Notes under the pieces: generated by a model | Told to the model about the DNA's origin: nothing | The model's input: only the letters and a program-made list of their open reading frames with translations | The model's database searches: none | Translations under genes and position numbers: made by a program | DNA from: Capsulimonadaceae bacterium | Lineage (GTDB): Bacteria > Armatimonadota > Armatimonadia > Armatimonadales > Capsulimonadaceae | Direction of reading: 5' to 3' | NCBI GenBank assembly: GCA_965215505.1 | Contig: OZ244065.1 | Coordinates: 2,016,001 to 2,080,000 of the forward strand | DNA length: 64,000 nucleotides | Shown: positions 1-10,393 of the stretch, piece by piece | Position numbering within the stretch: the stretch's first letter is position 1 | How the letters are laid out: every line of letters begins with the position of its first letter

Positions 1-2
1 TG

Positions 3-410
3 GGTGTCCGGCAAGGCCGGTGCAGGGTGTAGTTCGGCCTGCGGGTTCGTTTCGACAGAATGCGCGTCAACAGGATGTTTGGGAACGATTGGCAGCATCA
101 GATCTTCCGGTGCCTGGTCATAGGGGCGGTGCCCGATGGCCTTCTCGACCGTCGCGCTGCTGGTCGAAGAGTACGGGTTTCCGTAGTCATACGGCGGTGA
201 CAGGACCGGCTTGTAGACCGATTCGACTTCATTGTGGACCGAGTGCGCCGCCCCGGTCACTTCTTCAGTGATCTTCCGCAGCTCACGCATCGCCTGACCA
301 AGCTGCTTGCCGACCTCGGGTAGCTTCTTTGGCCCGAAGACCAGCAGAGCCAGGCCAAGAATGATTGCGATGTCCGGCGGACTGAACCCAAATGCAAGCG
401 GAAGCATCAT
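3..410 (-). CDS. Twin-arginine translocase TatA/TatB family subunit, 3' end beyond window
   Basis: Manual translation MMLPLAFGFSPPDIAIILGLALLVFGPKKLPEVGKQLGQAMRELRK; GAGGAG RBS; not in ORF track. Confidence 0.85.
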   Translation of the reverse strand, partial: MMLPLAFGFSPPDIAIILGLALLVFGPKKLPEVGKQLGQAMRELRKITEEVTGAAHSVHNEVESVYKPVLSPPYDYGNPYSSTSSATVEKAIGHRPYDQAPEDLMLPIVPKHPVDAHSVETNPQAELHPAPALPDT

Positions 411-432
411 ATCTCCTCAACCCACAGAGTCA

Positions 433-564
433 TCAGCGGCGGCCGATGATATCGCGCAGCTCACGCAACGCTTGGCCAAGCTGCTCGCCAACATCGGGCA
501 GCTTTTTCGGCCAGAAGACCAGCAGAGCCACGACCATGATAATGGCAACATCCACAGGCTGCAT
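433..564 (-). CDS. Minimal TatA-like protein, 43 aa
   Basis: Manual translation MQPVDVAIIMVVALLVFWPKKLPDVGEQLGQALRELRDIIGRR. Confidence 0.75.
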   Translation of the reverse strand: MQPVDVAIIMVVALLVFWPKKLPDVGEQLGQALRELRDIIGRR

Positions 565-603
565 GGGTTCCTGCCTCTTCAGACCGCAAAAGCCCGGCTT
601 TGT

Positions 604-1530
604 TCAGGCGATTTTGTTCACCGTCGTTCGCGCGGCGGCTTGGAAGATCTGGGTGCGGGTGCAGAAGCCGGAGCCATACACTGCCGCATTAGCCGCACCG
701 GCTGCCACGCCCAGCTTTAGTGCTTCCGCATGGCCCAAACCCTGCTCCCAAGCCCAGACGAAGCCCGCAGTCAGCGAGTCGCCGGAGCCGAGCGCGCTTA
801 CGACCTCTACGACGGGCGGGATAGCCTCCCAAGTGCCTTCCGCACTCGCAAGGACTGCCCCGCGCACCCCACCAGTCACGAGGGCCAGTGTCACGCCGTA
901 CTTATCCCGCAAAGCCTGTGCCGAGCCGCCCCAGCCGTCACCACCGACAGACAACGCTTCCAGCTCATGCACGTTCGGCTTGACCAGGAACGGCTTCGCT
1001 TCAACGCCGAGCCGCAGAGCCTCGCCGCTGGTGTCCAGAACAGCCTTGACACCCAGCACATGGGCCAGCCGGATGATGGCGACGTAGATCTCCGGCGGCA
1101 CACCGGGCGGAAGGCTGCCTGATAGGATTACGGCATCATGCCCCGGTAATAGTTCCCGCAGCCGTCTGAGCAGGGCGTCGCATTCCGCCGACGTGACTTC
1201 CGGGCCGGCCTCGTTCAGTACGGTTTCGGTCCGCCCGACCGGGTCCAGAATGGCGGTACAGACACGCGACTCCTGCATGACCGTCACGAAATGGGTATCG
1301 ATGCCCTCGCCGTTCAGGCCGGCCCTGATATATTCCCCGGTCGGCCCGCCTGAAAACCCGGTCGCCGTGACGACGCCGCCCAGTGTCCGGTAGACTCGGG
1401 CGACGTTGATGCCTTTGCCACCAGCGTAGACGCGCGTTTCCGTGGGTCGCTGCACCCGGTCCACGGCGAAGCCGGGGATGGTGTACAGTTTGTCAACCGC
1501 AGCATTGAGCGTGACGGTGAGGACGGACAA
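604..1530 (-). CDS. 1-phosphofructokinase-family (PfkB) hexose kinase
   Basis: TVTLNAAVD, GGKGINVAR, KPNVHE, GSGDS motifs; TTG start chosen 5 nt after rpsI stop. Confidence 0.88.
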   Translation of the reverse strand: MSVLTVTLNAAVDKLYTIPGFAVDRVQRPTETRVYAGGKGINVARVYRTLGGVVTATGFSGGPTGEYIRAGLNGEGIDTHFVTVMQESRVCTAILDPVGRTETVLNEAGPEVTSAECDALLRRLRELLPGHDAVILSGSLPPGVPPEIYVAIIRLAHVLGVKAVLDTSGEALRLGVEAKPFLVKPNVHELEALSVGGDGWGGSAQALRDKYGVTLALVTGGVRGAVLASAEGTWEAIPPVVEVVSALGSGDSLTAGFVWAWEQGLGHAEALKLGVAAGAANAAVYGSGFCTRTQIFQAAARTTVNKIA

Positions 1531-1535
1531 AGCGT

Positions 1536-1931
1536 TTAACGCTTGCTGAACTGGAAGCCGCGGCGGGCGCGCTTGCGTCCGGCCTTCTTGCGCTCTTTGA
1601 CGCGCGGGTCGCGGGTCAGGTAGCCCAACTTGCGGAGGACGGGCCGCATGTCGGGATCGGACTCGACGAGCGCCTTGGCGATGCCGTGGCGGACCGCGCC
1701 GGCCTGGCCGGAGATGCCGCCGCCGAGGGCGCGCACGAAGACGTCGAACTTGCCGACGGTTTCGGTCACTTCGAACGGCTGCATGATGAGGGCTTCGAGC
1801 GAGGCCCGCCCGAAGTAGTTGCTCGTCGTCCGGTTGTTGACCGTGATGTTGCCCTGGCCGTTGGACAGCCAGACCTTGGCGATGGCGTTCTTGCGTTTGC
1901 CGGTGCCGTAGTAGCGAGTGGTTTCTGCCAT
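1536..1931 (-). CDS. rpsI: 30S ribosomal protein S9
   Basis: [22 protein letters not shown]-terminus. Confidence 0.98.
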   Translation of the reverse strand: MAETTRYYGTGKRKNAIAKVWLSNGQGNITVNNRTTSNYFGRASLEALIMQPFEVTETVGKFDVFVRALGGGISGQAGAVRHGIAKALVESDPDMRPVLRKLGYLTRDPRVKERKKAGRKRARRGFQFSKR

Positions 1932-1966
1932 GTTTGTTCCTTAGAGTATACCCAGGCGGATGCGGA

Positions 1967-2398
1967 CTAGGCGATGTCCTGCGGCTTCTGCGCCTGATGC
2001 GGATGGTCTGCACCGCCGTAGATGCGGAGCTTCTTGAGGGTCTGCGCTCCCAAAGTGTTGTGGGGCAGCATGCCCTTGACGACGCGCATGAGGGCGGCGA
2101 CCGAGTCCTTCTCGATCTCCCGGCCGCGCGTGACGCTTCGGATGCCGCCGGGGTACAGGGTGTGCCGGTAGACAGGCTCGTCCTTCTTGTTGTTGCCGGT
2201 CAGCAGGACCTTGTCGGCGTTGATGATGATGACGTGATCGCCGCAGTCCACATGCGGGGTCCATTCCGGCTTGTTCTTGCCGCGCAGGATCTTCGCCACC
2301 TCGACGGCGAGCCGGCCCATAGACTGGCCCGTGGCATCAATCGTGATCCACTTCCGGTTCTGCTCCATCTCCAGCGGCTTTGCGCTATAGGTTGCCAT
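1967..2398 (-). CDS. rplM: 50S ribosomal protein L13
   Basis: LRGKNKPEWTPHVDCGD, VKGMLP, HPHQAQKP. Confidence 0.98.
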   Translation of the reverse strand: MATYSAKPLEMEQNRKWITIDATGQSMGRLAVEVAKILRGKNKPEWTPHVDCGDHVIIINADKVLLTGNNKKDEPVYRHTLYPGGIRSVTRGREIEKDSVAALMRVVKGMLPHNTLGAQTLKKLRIYGGADHPHQAQKPQDIA

Positions 2399-2432
2399 TT
2401 TGTTTCTCCAAGTGTCGCTTCACAATGTCTGT

Positions 2433-3179
2433 TCAGTAGTCCACACGCAGTAGGCACAGGCCCTGCGGCGCGGCGGGCGGGATCGGGTTCAGGGCGCGAT
2501 CACGCCGCGCGAGTATTTCTTCCAAGATCGTCGGCGGCAGCTCGCCCGCCCCAACGGCGACCAGGCCGCCCACCAGATTACGGACCATTGAGCGCAGGAA
2601 GCCATTCGCGGTGACAGTCACCAGCAGGCCGTTCTGCATCCGTCGCACGGAGAGCCGGGACAGGTCCCGTGTCGTCGTCCGGCCCGGATTGCCCCCGGCG
2701 CGGGCGAAAGAGGCGAAGTCGTGCGCCCCGACCAGAGGGGCCGCCGCCTGCCGCATCAGCGCGACATCCAGAGGGCGGCGGTAGTGCAGGCTGTAGCGGC
2801 CCCAGATCGCCGAGCGGGTGCGCCGCGTCCAGATCAAATAGCCGTAGGTGCGTTGCCGGGCCGAGAACCGGGCGTGAAAGTCGGGCACGGCTTCCTCTGC
2901 CCGCGCGACGGCCATGTCGGGCGGGAGCAGGCTGTTCAGGGCGATAGCCCAGCGGTCAGTCGGCAGTGCGCTCTCCGTCTCGAACGACACGACCTGGCCT
3001 AAAGCATGGACGCCGACGTCGGTCCGACCTGCGCCGTGCAGGGTAATCTCCTCGCGCGGCACGAGTGTCGCCACTGCCTTCGCCAGAACCGATTGTACAG
3101 TGCGCTCACCCTTGCCTTGCACCTGGTAGCCCCGGAAGTCGGTGCCGTCGTACTCTAGGGTCAGCTTGAGCCTACGCAC
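2433..3179 (-). CDS. truA: tRNA pseudouridine(38-40) synthase
   Basis: EYDGTDFRGYQ, AGRTDVGVHA, FHARFSA, GFLRSMVR. Confidence 0.96.
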   Translation of the reverse strand: MRRLKLTLEYDGTDFRGYQVQGKGERTVQSVLAKAVATLVPREEITLHGAGRTDVGVHALGQVVSFETESALPTDRWAIALNSLLPPDMAVARAEEAVPDFHARFSARQRTYGYLIWTRRTRSAIWGRYSLHYRRPLDVALMRQAAAPLVGAHDFASFARAGGNPGRTTTRDLSRLSVRRMQNGLLVTVTANGFLRSMVRNLVGGLVAVGAGELPPTILEEILARRDRALNPIPPAAPQGLCLLRVDY

Positions 3180-3191
3180 AGTCCCTCGGGC

Positions 3192-3605
3192 CTAACGGGC
3201 GTGACCGGGCTGGCCGGTCTTCTCGGGCGCGGTCGGCATCCCGAACTCGCGGTCCGTGATGAGCGAGAGCTGCACGATGGTGGCCGCATCGCCCCGGCGC
3301 TGGCCGATCTTGACGGTGCGGGTGTAGCCGCCCGGCCCGGTCTTGAACTCGGGCGCGATCTGCGTGAACAGGTGATGCACCAGAGTCTCGTCGCCGAGGA
3401 AACGGCGAGCCTCACGGCGCGTGTGGACAGTGTCCACACGGGCGCTCGTGATCATCTTCTCGGCGATGGAGCGCACGTCTTTGGCGCGCGTCTCGGTCGT
3501 CTTGATGGTCTGGTAGGTAAACAGGGCGCGGACAAGCCCTTTGAGCAGGGCGCGGCGCTGGTCGCTGGGCAGGCCGAACTTACGGCCGCCGATCCGGTGA
3601 TTCAT
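3192..3605 (-). CDS. rplQ: 50S ribosomal protein L17
   Basis: IKTTETRAK, GGYTR, RRGDAA. Confidence 0.97.
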   Translation of the reverse strand: MNHRIGGRKFGLPSDQRRALLKGLVRALFTYQTIKTTETRAKDVRSIAEKMITSARVDTVHTRREARRFLGDETLVHHLFTQIAPEFKTGPGGYTRTVKIGQRRGDAATIVQLSLITDREFGMPTAPEKTGQPGHAR

Positions 3606-3617
3606 GGGTGGTTCCTT

Positions 3618-4685
3618 TTACTCTTCGTCCGTCCCGGCCACAGCCGCGTCGTCTTCCTCTTCGGCGTCGTCCTCGTCGGCGTAGGCGGTGTCGTCGTCCG
3701 TCGCGCCCAGGATGCTCAGGCCGAGCGAGGAGAGCTTTTCCTTGACCTCGGTCAGCGACTTCTTGCCGAAGTTGCGAATCTGCATCAGCTCGCTCTCGGA
3801 GATCTGGAGCAGGTCGCCGATGGTCAGGACGTTCGCCTTCTTCAAGCAGTTGTAGGTGCGGACCGAGAAGTCAAGCTCCTCGATGCGCGCATCCGGTGCG
3901 CCGCCCGCGCCGACTGGGAAGCTGACACCGTTCAGGCCGCCGGGTCGCCCGCCAAGCCCCTGCGGGAACTCGACGAACCGGTGGAAGAACGTCTCCAGCA
4001 GGTAGGCCGCCTGGCTGAGAGCGTCGCCCGGCGCCATGGTGCCGTTGCTCCAGATCTCCAGAGTCAGCCGCTCGAAGTCGGTCTTGAAGCCGACGCGGGT
4101 GGCCTCCACGTTGAACGACACTTTGCGGACGGGCGTGAAGGATGCCCCGATGGGGATCACGCCGATGACCTGCTTGCTCTTGTCCTGCTTCTCCGGGAGG
4201 ACGTACCCCTTGCCCTCATCCACGGTCAATTCCATGGACAGGTGGGTCTTGTCATCGGCCAGTGTCGCCAGATGCACTTCAGGGTTCACGATCTCGACAT
4301 CGCTGGGGCACTGGATGTCCGCGCCGGTCACATGGCCCGGCCCGGTGACATCAATCTTGATGACGTGCGGGTCCGGCTTGACGCCGTTGGACAGGACGCC
4401 GTTGCGGCCGTGGACCTTGACGAACAGGTCCTTCAGGTTCAGGATCAGCTCCGTGGTGTCTTCTTTGACGCCCGGAATGGTCGAGAACTCGTGCAGCACG
4501 CCGTCAATCTTGATGGACGTGACGGCCGCGCCGGGGATGGACGACAGCAGGACGCGGCGCAGGGAGTTCCCCAGCGTCACGCCGTAGCCGCGCTCCAGCG
4601 GTTCCACCACGAACTTGCCGTAGGTGTCGGTCTGCTCCAGCGTCTCGATGCGCGGGGCAGCCGGGTCCATTGTCATCTCTGGCAT
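3618..4685 (-). CDS. rpoA: RNA polymerase alpha subunit
   Basis: EPLERGYGVTLGNSLRRVLLSS, SVRTYNCLK, NFGKKSL. Confidence 0.98.
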   Translation of the reverse strand: MPEMTMDPAAPRIETLEQTDTYGKFVVEPLERGYGVTLGNSLRRVLLSSIPGAAVTSIKIDGVLHEFSTIPGVKEDTTELILNLKDLFVKVHGRNGVLSNGVKPDPHVIKIDVTGPGHVTGADIQCPSDVEIVNPEVHLATLADDKTHLSMELTVDEGKGYVLPEKQDKSKQVIGVIPIGASFTPVRKVSFNVEATRVGFKTDFERLTLEIWSNGTMAPGDALSQAAYLLETFFHRFVEFPQGLGGRPGGLNGVSFPVGAGGAPDARIEELDFSVRTYNCLKKANVLTIGDLLQISESELMQIRNFGKKSLTEVKEKLSSLGLSILGATDDDTAYADEDDAEEEDDAAVAGTDEE

Positions 4686-4744
4686 CGTATTTGCGTTTCA
4701 CTCCTCCAGGTCATCCCACGGGAAGCGGCCTTTGGGCGTACAGG

Positions 4745-4786
4745 CGAAAACCCGCCGTTTCAGTGCGGCGGGTTTCAGTCCCGGCG
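4745..4786. repeat. Palindromic intergenic element (AAACCCGCCG...CGGCGGGTTT)
   Basis: Inverted repeat between rpsD and rpoA; function unknown. Confidence 0.45.
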
Positions 4787-4815
4787 TCAGGCCGTCCAAT
4801 GCGGGGCCTGATCCA

Positions 4816-5466
4816 TTATCGCGAGTAGTACTCGACGATCAACTGCTCGGCGACATCGGTGTCGATCATGTCGCGGGTGGGCACGGCGATGACCTTGCCG
4901 ACCAGGGAGTTGGCGTCGAAGGTCAGCCACTCCGGGATGCGCCGGCCCATGCCCCGCAGCGAGTCCAGCATGGGCTGGAGCTTGCGGCTGTTGTCATGGA
5001 CGGTGATCACATCGCCGACGCGCACCTGGTACGAGGGGATGTCCACGCGCTTGCCGTTGATCAGGAAGTGGCGGTGCGAGACGAACTGGCGGGCCTGGGC
5101 GCGCGACGCGCCGAGGTTGAGCCGGTAAATCACGTTGTCCAGCCGGGTTTCCAGCAGGGACAGGATGTTCTCGCCGGTGACTCCCTTGCGCCGCAGAGCC
5201 TCATCCACATAGTTGCGGAACGGACGCTCCAGGACGCGGTAGGTCCGCTTCATCTTCTGCTTCTCGCGGAGCTGATGGGCGTACTCGGTGGTCTTCTTCT
5301 GCATCCCCTGGCCGTGCATGCCCGGCGGGTAGTTGCGGCGCTCAATGGCGCACTTCTTGCTGTAGCAGCGGGTGCCCTTCAGGTAGAGCTTCACGCCTTC
5401 GCGGCGGCACTGCCGGCAGCGGGCGTCACCCGACTTGCTGACGGGTCCTTTTTTAACGGCGGTCAT
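4816..5466 (-). CDS. rpsD: 30S ribosomal protein S4 (Cys-containing form)
   Basis: [31 protein letters not shown]. Confidence 0.98.
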   Translation of the reverse strand: MTAVKKGPVSKSGDARCRQCRREGVKLYLKGTRCYSKKCAIERRNYPPGMHGQGMQKKTTEYAHQLREKQKMKRTYRVLERPFRNYVDEALRRKGVTGENILSLLETRLDNVIYRLNLGASRAQARQFVSHRHFLINGKRVDIPSYQVRVGDVITVHDNSRKLQPMLDSLRGMGRRIPEWLTFDANSLVGKVIAVPTRDMIDTDVAEQLIVEYYSR

Positions 5467-5513
5467 CGGTTCTCATTTCTCCAAAAGCGAGGCGTAGGCA
5501 CGAGGCGCGGCGG

Positions 5514-5909
5514 TTAGACGCGGCGGCGCTTGGGGGGGCGGCAGCCGTTGTGCGGGATCGGGGTCACATCCTTGATGATGCTCACCTCAATGCCGACCGC
5601 CTGCAAGGCGCGAATGGCCGTCTCGCGGCCCGAGCCAGGCCCCTTGACGTGAACGTCAACCCGGCGCAGGCCGTGTTCCTGCGCCTTGCGGGCGGCGTTC
5701 TCTGCCGCGAGCTGTGCGCCGAACGGGGTGCCCTTGCGCGAGCCTTTGAAGCCGACGGAGCCGGCGCTGGCCCAGGAAATCAGGTCTCCCCGCGTGTCGG
5801 TAATCGAGACGATGGTGTTGTTAAAGGTACTCTGAATATGCACAAGTCCCTGTGCGATATTCTTCTTCTCTTTCGGCTTCTGCCGCTGCGTGGTTTTCTT
5901 CTGTGCCAT
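5514..5909 (-). CDS. rpsK: 30S ribosomal protein S11
   Basis: [33 protein letters not shown]. Confidence 0.98.
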   Translation of the reverse strand: MAQKKTTQRQKPKEKKNIAQGLVHIQSTFNNTIVSITDTRGDLISWASAGSVGFKGSRKGTPFGAQLAAENAARKAQEHGLRRVDVHVKGPGSGRETAIRALQAVGIEVSIIKDVTPIPHNGCRPPKRRRV

Positions 5910-5971
5910 TCGGTCTGTGCTGTCTCCTATCATCCCGTCCCAACACCGGGCAAGGCGAGGGGCGGTACAGG

Positions 5972-5996
5972 AGGGCGTAACGATTTACGCCCCTGT
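5972..5996 (-). repeat. Degenerate GTAG-type REP element
   Basis: ACAGGGGCGTAAATCGTTACGCCCT on minus strand, right after the rpsM stop. Confidence 0.5.
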
Positions 5997-5999
5997 TAT

Positions 6000-6377
6000 T
6001 TACTTCTTGACTTTCTTCTTGCCAGCGACGGCGCGGCGCGGGCCACGGCGGGTGCGGGCATTGCTCTTGGTCTTCTGACCACGCACGGGGAGGCCCTTAC
6101 GGTGGCGGATGCCCCGGTAGCAGCCGATCTCGGACAGCCGCCGGATGTTGATCTGGATCTGCCGCTTCAGGTCGCCTTCGACCCGGTAGTCGCGCTCGAT
6201 AGTCTCGCGCAGCTTGTTCGTCTCGACCTCGGTGAGATCGCGGACGCGCGTATCAACGCTGACGCCGTTCTTCTCAAGGATGTCGCGGCTGCTAGTCAGG
6301 CCGATGCCGAAAATGGAAAGGAGCGCGTACTCTACCCGCTTGTCGCGCGGCAAGTCGACGCCTGCAATACGTGCCAA
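6000..6377 (-). CDS. rpsM: 30S ribosomal protein S13
   Basis: [25 protein letters not shown]. Confidence 0.98.
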   Translation of the reverse strand: MARIAGVDLPRDKRVEYALLSIFGIGLTSSRDILEKNGVSVDTRVRDLTEVETNKLRETIERDYRVEGDLKRQIQINIRRLSEIGCYRGIRHRKGLPVRGQKTKSNARTRRGPRRAVAGKKKVKK

Positions 6378-6403
6378 AAGAGCCTCCTAAATGGTCGGGG
6401 CGA

Positions 6404-6517
6404 TCAGCCCTGTCGCTGCTTGTGCTTCTTGATGACGCAGATGACGCGCACGACGCCGTCGCGCTTGATCACCTTGCACTTGTCACAAATCTTCTTGACG
6501 GAAGGCCGTACTTTCAT
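6404..6517 (-). CDS. rpmJ: 50S ribosomal protein L36
   Basis: Manual translation [37 protein letters not shown]. Confidence 0.97.
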   Translation of the reverse strand: MKVRPSVKKICDKCKVIKRDGVVRVICVIKKHKQRQG

Positions 6518-6526
6518 CGTCGTCTC

Positions 6527-6811
6527 CTACTTGTAGCGGTACAGGATGCGGCCACGGGTCGGGTCATAGGGAGACAGCTCCACTTTGACGCGGTCGCCGG
6601 GCAGAATCTTGATGAAGTTCATGCGGATCTTGCCGCTGACCTGGGCCAGCACTTGATGTCCGCCCTCTAGGTTGACACGAAACATCGCGTTCGGAAGCGT
6701 CTCGGCGATGGCACCCTCGACTTCGAGGGCCTTCTCCTTCGCATACGTTTCCGACTCTTCGGCGCGGCGCTCATCGCGCGCGACATGCTGCTTGCGTGGT
6801 CTTCGAGCCAT
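6527..6811 (-). CDS. infA: Translation initiation factor IF-1, N-terminally extended
   Basis: [35 protein letters not shown]. Confidence 0.96.
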   Translation of the reverse strand: MARRPRKQHVARDERRAEESETYAKEKALEVEGAIAETLPNAMFRVNLEGGHQVLAQVSGKIRMNFIKILPGDRVKVELSPYDPTRGRILYRYK

Positions 6812-6819
6812 AGATTAAG

Positions 6820-7608
6820 TTATTTCTCCTGCGAGGGCGGCAGGGTCAGGATGTCCGGGCCGTCCTCAGTGATCGCAACGGTGTGTTCGAAGTGTGCCGA
6901 CAAAGAGTTGTCTGCGGTGAAGATGGTCCAGACATCGCCCTTGTGGTGGCCGACGTCCGATCTGCCGATGTTGACCATCGGCTCGATGCAGATGGTCATG
7001 CCCGCTTGCAGCCGGTCCCCACGGCCCGGCTTGCCGTAGTTCGTGACCTGCGGGTCCTCATGCGGGGTCTGCCCGATGCCGTGTCCGACCAGATCACGCA
7101 CCACATTGTAGCGGCTGCGCTCAACATGGCGCTGGATCGCGCCGCCGATGTCCCCGAGCGTGTTGCCGACGCGTGCCTGCGAAATGCCCTTGAATAGCGC
7201 CTCGCGCGAGACCGTCAGCAGGTTCTTGGCCGAGGCGGAAACCACGCCCACGGGTACAGTCAGAGCAGCATCCGCGCACCAGCCGTCCACGGAAGCGTCT
7301 AAGTCGAGGCTGACGATGTCGCCGACCTTCAGCACACGCTTTGGGCTTGGCACCCCATGAACGACCTCGTTGTTGACCGAGACGCAGGTGTTGTGCTTAT
7401 AAGGCACACGGCTGAAGCTAGGCTTGTAGCCCAGCAGTGCCGCCTTCGCGCCCCGGCGCTTCAGGACCTCTGCGGCCACTTCGTCCAGGTCCTGCGTCGT
7501 CGTCACGCCTGGAACGATGGCATCGCGCATGGCTGCCAGGGCTTCCGCGACGACACGCCCGGCCCGGCGCATCATCTCGATCTCTTCCGCAGTCTTGAGC
7601 CGAATCAT
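6820..7608 (-). CDS. map: Type I methionine aminopeptidase
   Basis: SVNNEVVHGVP, GHGIG, IEPM, SAHFEHTV. Confidence 0.96.
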   Translation of the reverse strand: MIRLKTAEEIEMMRRAGRVVAEALAAMRDAIVPGVTTTQDLDEVAAEVLKRRGAKAALLGYKPSFSRVPYKHNTCVSVNNEVVHGVPSPKRVLKVGDIVSLDLDASVDGWCADAALTVPVGVVSASAKNLLTVSREALFKGISQARVGNTLGDIGGAIQRHVERSRYNVVRDLVGHGIGQTPHEDPQVTNYGKPGRGDRLQAGMTICIEPMVNIGRSDVGHHKGDVWTIFTADNSLSAHFEHTVAITEDGPDILTLPPSQEK

Positions 7609-7623
7609 CCGCGTAGTATACCC

Positions 7624-8271
7624 TTAAAATCCACGATTTGCAAGCGCCCAATCAGGTAACGCGCTCAAAATACGAGCAGTGACCGTCGCAGGCACTCCCA
7701 GAGCGTCTATACGGATCAGCAAACCGCGACGCCCATAGTAAGCTTGAAGCGGTTCCGTGACCCGGTGGTATAGCTCCAGGCGATGCCGTACCGCCTCGGG
7801 GCCATCGTCGGGTCGGCGCACAAGGCGCGTCCCATCCCGATCGCAGACGCCGGGAAGCTTCGGCGGGTGGGTCTCAAGATGGTATGTGGTCTTGCAGTGT
7901 GGGCAGAGCAGCCTGCCTGAAAGCCTCTCGATGAGGGCTTCATCTGCCACAATCAAATCAACGACTACATCAAGAGGCGCTTCAAACGCTTCGGCCTGAG
8001 CCGTGTCACGTGGGAAGCCGTCTAAGATAAACCCACCATCGGCGTCAGGTTCGGCGAGCCGCTTCCTGACCCAATACAGAACATCAGTGTCCGACGCGAA
8101 GTTCCCGGCAGCGATCTGCGCCTCGACCCTCCGCCCGAACTCAGTGCCCCGAGCGATCTGGTCACGGATGATCTCCCCAGTCGCGACATGCGGCACACCA
8201 AAATTCCGTGCCAGTGCGGGACCCTGAGTTCCCTTGCCCGCGCCCGGCGGACCGAGCAAAACCATACGCAC
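7624..8271 (-). CDS. adk: Adenylate kinase
   Basis: GPPGAGKGTQ, LDGFPR, Cys lid, position after secY. Confidence 0.93.
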   Translation of the reverse strand: MRMVLLGPPGAGKGTQGPALARNFGVPHVATGEIIRDQIARGTEFGRRVEAQIAAGNFASDTDVLYWVRKRLAEPDADGGFILDGFPRDTAQAEAFEAPLDVVVDLIVADEALIERLSGRLLCPHCKTTYHLETHPPKLPGVCDRDGTRLVRRPDDGPEAVRHRLELYHRVTEPLQAYYGRRGLLIRIDALGVPATVTARILSALPDWALANRGF

Positions 8272-9662
8272 TAGCGGATGAAGCCCTCGTAGTTCCGCAT
8301 GAGAAGCTGTGCCTCAATCGCCCGCATCGTGTCGAGCGCGACGCCGACTACGATCAGGAGCGAGGTGCCACCGACCAGAGTGAACTGGTTGGCCCCGTTT
8401 GTCCCCGTGAGTGCGGGAATCCAGTATTGCAGCAGCGCGATGAAAGCCAGGAACAACGCACCGGCCAGAGTGATGCGGGTCATCACGCGGTCTAGATATT
8501 CCATCGTCGGCTTGCCCGGCCGGATGCCGGGGATGAAAGACCCGTACTTCTTGAGATCGTCCGTGATCTGCTCGACGTTCATCGTGACCGCCGTATAGAA
8601 GTATGTAAAGAACACGATGATGGCCGCATAGATCAGGGCGGCAATCGGGCTATAACCAGGCTGCATGATCGCCGAGGCTTTAGTCAGGAACGGCGATAGG
8701 GCCGACGTCTTCGGGACAAATGTCGCGAACGTCTGCGGCAAAAGCTGGATGGACAGCGCGAAGATAATCGGGATGACGCCCGCTTGTGCGACCTTAAAGG
8801 GCAGGTAAGACGTGCCGCCCTGGGACATCTTGTTGCCGACGATCTTGCGGACATGCTGGATCGGGATCTTGCGCTCACCCAGGGTGACGAAGACGACGCC
8901 GATGACCGTTGCGAAGAACGCGATGACGAGGATAAGCACCTGCCAGGGCTTGATCGTCCCGGCGATGACGCCTTCCCCCACGCCGACAAGCTGGCTCGGC
9001 AGCCGAACCATGATGCCGCAGAAAATAATCAGCGAGACGCCGTTGCCAATGCCCTTATCCGTGATCTGCTCGCCGAGCCACATCAGGAACGAGGTGCCGG
9101 CAATCATCGTCAGGATGATCTCGAAGCTCATGGGCAGCGAGCTGCTCAGGACGTGGTTGCTGCGGAGGTACAGGACAAACCCGGTCGCCTGCGCCAGTGC
9201 CAGCCCCATCGTCAGGTAGCGCGTGTACTGCGCGATACGCTTGCGGCCCGACTCGCCTTCCTTGGACATCTCCTGCCAGGAGGGGATGGCGAAGGTCAGG
9301 AGCTGCATGATGATCGAGGCATTGATGTATGGCACGATCCCCATGGCGAAGATCGTGAACTTTTTCAAGGCACCGCCTGAGAAGACGTCCACCAGGTTCA
9401 GGATGCCGCCGCCGGATCTGTTGAACAGCGTCGCCATCGCGTCCGAACTGATGCCCGGCAGGGGGATGTGCAGGCCGATCACATAGACGCCGAACATGGC
9501 GAACACGAACAGCAGCCGACGCCGCAGCTCCGGGATCGCCCAGGCCGCCACCATCGCCTCGATGAAAGGCGTGTTTGACGTCCGGGGCGGGGCGGGCGGC
9601 CTTCGCCCGCCCCCGCCTCCGGGGGCAGGGGCGGCATTAGCGGTAGGTCTTTTTACAGCCAT
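8271..9662 (-). CDS. secY: Preprotein translocase SecY
   Basis: GIVPYINASII, GIGNGVSLII, IPGIRPG, GGTSLLIVVGV. Confidence 0.98.
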   Translation of the reverse strand: MAVKRPTANAAPAPGGGGGRRPPAPPRTSNTPFIEAMVAAWAIPELRRRLLFVFAMFGVYVIGLHIPLPGISSDAMATLFNRSGGGILNLVDVFSGGALKKFTIFAMGIVPYINASIIMQLLTFAIPSWQEMSKEGESGRKRIAQYTRYLTMGLALAQATGFVLYLRSNHVLSSSLPMSFEIILTMIAGTSFLMWLGEQITDKGIGNGVSLIIFCGIMVRLPSQLVGVGEGVIAGTIKPWQVLILVIAFFATVIGVVFVTLGERKIPIQHVRKIVGNKMSQGGTSYLPFKVAQAGVIPIIFALSIQLLPQTFATFVPKTSALSPFLTKASAIMQPGYSPIAALIYAAIIVFFTYFYTAVTMNVEQITDDLKKYGSFIPGIRPGKPTMEYLDRVMTRITLAGALFLAFIALLQYWIPALTGTNGANQFTLVGGTSLLIVVGVALDTMRAIEAQLLMRNYEGFIR

Positions 9663-9674
9663 CGGTCTGCCTCG

Positions 9675-10130
9675 TTAGACAATCTCGGTCGTGCCGCCCA
9701 GGGCGGCGATCTTTTCCTGGGCGCTCTTGGAAAACTGGGTCGCGCGGACGGTCAGCTTCTTGGTCAGCTCACCGTTGCCCAAAATCTTGACGCCGTCTTC
9801 CAGGTCGCCGATCAGGCCGGCTTCAAACAGGGTTTCTATGGTCACAGTCGCGCCGTCTTCAAAGCGCTCCAGTGCGCTGAGGTTGACGACGGAGTAGCCG
9901 ACCTTGGGGGGGGCGTTGAAGCCTCCCTTGCCTGGGATGCCCCGGAGCTGGGGGAGGCGGCGGTGCAGCGGCGTCTGACCGCCCTCAAAGCCAGGCTTGG
10001 TGTTGCCGCGCGCCTTGTCGCCCTTGTGGCCGCCGCCGGACGTCTTGCCCGTGCCGGAGCCGGGGCCGCGCCCGATGCGCTTGCGTTCTTTGCGCGCGCC
10101 CTCATTAGGTTTTAGTTCAGAGAGATTCAT
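9675..10130 (-). CDS. rplO: 50S ribosomal protein L15
   Basis: [19 protein letters not shown]. Confidence 0.97.
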   Translation of the reverse strand: MNLSELKPNEGARKERKRIGRGPGSGTGKTSGGGHKGDKARGNTKPGFEGGQTPLHRRLPQLRGIPGKGGFNAPPKVGYSVVNLSALERFEDGATVTIETLFEAGLIGDLEDGVKILGNGELTKKLTVRATQFSKSAQEKIAALGGTTEIV

Positions 10131-10390
10131 TGTCCAACTCCAAGCCCTTCATGGGGGCCAAAATGTTTCTTGCGCCCGATCTTCGGCGCGGGCTTAGACA
10201 CCAACTCACCTTCCGCCGTCTCGACAGTGAGGACGTGCGTGATCTTCTTGATCATGCCGCGGATGGGTGCGGTGTTGGGCTGGCTGACGCTGGACCCGAC
10301 TTTGTTCAGGCCCAGGGCGCGTGCGGTGAGCCGCTGGCTCTTCTCGTAGCCGATCAGGCTGCGGGTAAGGGTGATCTTCAAATCGGCCAT
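10127..10390 (-). CDS. rpmD: 50S ribosomal protein L30, C-terminally extended
   Basis: [20 protein letters not shown]; position between rpsE and rplO. Confidence 0.95.
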   Translation of the reverse strand: MADLKITLTRSLIGYEKSQRLTARALGLNKVGSSVSQPNTAPIRGMIKKITHVLTVETAEGELVSKPAPKIGRKKHFGPHEGLGVGQ

Positions 10391-10393
10391 GGG

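Noticed and set aside
1531-2013. Apparent long N-terminal extension of the PfkB kinase
   Set aside because: Alternate frame over rpsI/rplM; homology begins at about 1530
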